From: Sodalis praecaptivus
Lineage (GTDB): Bacteria; Pseudomonadota; Gammaproteobacteria; Enterobacterales; Enterobacteriaceae
DNA: 24,000 nucleotides
Direction: 5' to 3'
NCBI RefSeq assembly: GCF_000517425.1
Contig: NZ_CP006569.1
Coordinates: 2,508,760-2,532,759, forward strand
Shown: in pieces, positions 23,378 through 24,000 of the stretch
Layout of the letters: every line of letters starts with the position of its first letter
Numbering within the stretch: the stretch's first letter is position 1
Made by a program: the position numbers and the translations under genes
The notes under the pieces: generated by a model
Databases searched by the model: none
The model's input: the letters and a program-made list of their open reading frames with translations, nothing else
What the model was told of the DNA's origin: nothing

Positions 23378-24000
23378 GCTGCTTTCTCCAGATGATCCAC
23401 CGCGAGCAGGACCTTGCCGATGTTCGCATTGGATTCCAAAATACGATGCGCCTGCGCGGCGTCTGCCAGGGGCAGAGTGCGGTGGATAACCGGCGCAAGT
23501 CTGCCCTCCGCCAGCAGCGGCAGCAAATGGGTGTGAAGACACTGCGCCAAGCGCGCTTTTTCCGCCGGGCTTTTAGGGCGCAGCGTCGAGGAGGTTAACG
23601 TCAAACCTTTGCGCATCACCTGTTGCAGGTCGAGCTCGATTGTCGCCCCCTGCATGAAAGACAGGCTGATATGCCGCCCGCCAGGCGCCAGCACGCTCAG
23701 ATTGCGCGCCACCCCCTCGCCGCCGACGTTATCGAGCACCACATCGACGCCGCGTCCCTGCGTCTGCGCCAGGGTCACCGCCACGAAATCTTCCTCGTGT
23801 CGGTCTATCGCGCGCCAGACACCGAGACGCGCGAGCGCGGCGATTTTGTCCGCCCCGCCCGCCACGGCGATGACGCGTGCGCCGCAGCGTCTGGCACATT
23901 GGATCGCAAAGGTACCGACACCGCTGGCGGCCCCGTGGATCAACACCGTTTCCCCCGGCATCAACCTGCCACGTTCAAAAAGGTTGTGCCAGACGGTGAA
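23374..24000 (-). CDS. NADPH:quinone oxidoreductase / zeta-crystallin-like MDR protein (C-terminal part; N-terminus lies beyond the window edge)
   Basis: The frame is open to position 24000 (...FTVWHNLFERGRLMPGETVLIHGAASGVGTFAIQ...). The AxxGxxG NADPH motif and GKVLL near the C-terminus are typical of Qor-type enzymes. Confidence 0.9.
   Translation of the reverse strand, partial: FTVWHNLFERGRLMPGETVLIHGAASGVGTFAIQCARRCGARVIAVAGGADKIAALARLGVWRAIDRHEEDFVAVTLAQTQGRGVDVVLDNVGGEGVARNLSVLAPGGRHISLSFMQGATIELDLQQVMRKGLTLTSSTLRPKSPAEKARLAQCLHTHLLPLLAEGRLAPVIHRTLPLADAAQAHRILESNANIGKVLLAVDHLEKAA

Noticed and set aside
1-24000. A genomic island or mobile-element boundary, or a defence system such as a toxin-antitoxin or restriction module.
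   Set aside because: I found no integrase, transposase, tRNA, flanking direct repeats, nuclease, methylase or small paired ORFs. Only a local GC dip around 15856-17232 stands out, and it is reported separately.

Overview
Densely coding, high-GC (about 55-62% by eye) gammaproteobacterial, Enterobacterales-like chromosomal segment. The assignment rests on E. coli-like GhrA, LldD and UlaABC-type PTS proteins and ATGA-coupled operons; no species can be assigned from the sequence alone. I support 26 CDS, two of them cut by the window edges. I found no rRNA, tRNA, CRISPR, transposase, integrase or phage genes. There are six blocks. (1) 1-2666: a TetR regulator divergent from a two-gene split Tm-1-like module (UPF0261 ATP-binding protein plus PEP-hydrolase-like TIM barrel), with a 30-bp near-perfect palindromic operator between them. 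(2) 2854-8610: a candidate envelope methionine-oxidation system, and the most interesting locus here. It comprises a secreted Met-rich peptide, a divergent OmpR-type response regulator and sensor kinase, and a convergent msrB-dipZ-msrA operon. Both reductases carry export signals and each has only its catalytic Cys. (3) 8739-14042: a seven-gene operon encoding a phosphotriesterase-like hydrolase, a creatininase-family amidohydrolase, ascorbate-type PTS EIIA/EIIB/EIIC, a SIS protein and a HutC/GntR regulator; its substrate is unknown. (4) 14293-14554: about six tandem copies of a 43/44-bp non-coding repeat. (5) 14602-21338: a LysR regulator divergent from an ABC importer (binding protein plus two permeases, no ATPase anywhere in the window), followed by a lower-GC flavin monooxygenase gene and an LldD-like FMN dehydrogenase. 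(6) 21375-24000: a translationally coupled qor-gst-aroQ-ghrA-like operon. Many ORFs in the supplied track are antisense shadow ORFs or carry spurious N-terminal extensions, as is typical of high-GC DNA. I re-assigned starts from RBS position and domain boundaries.
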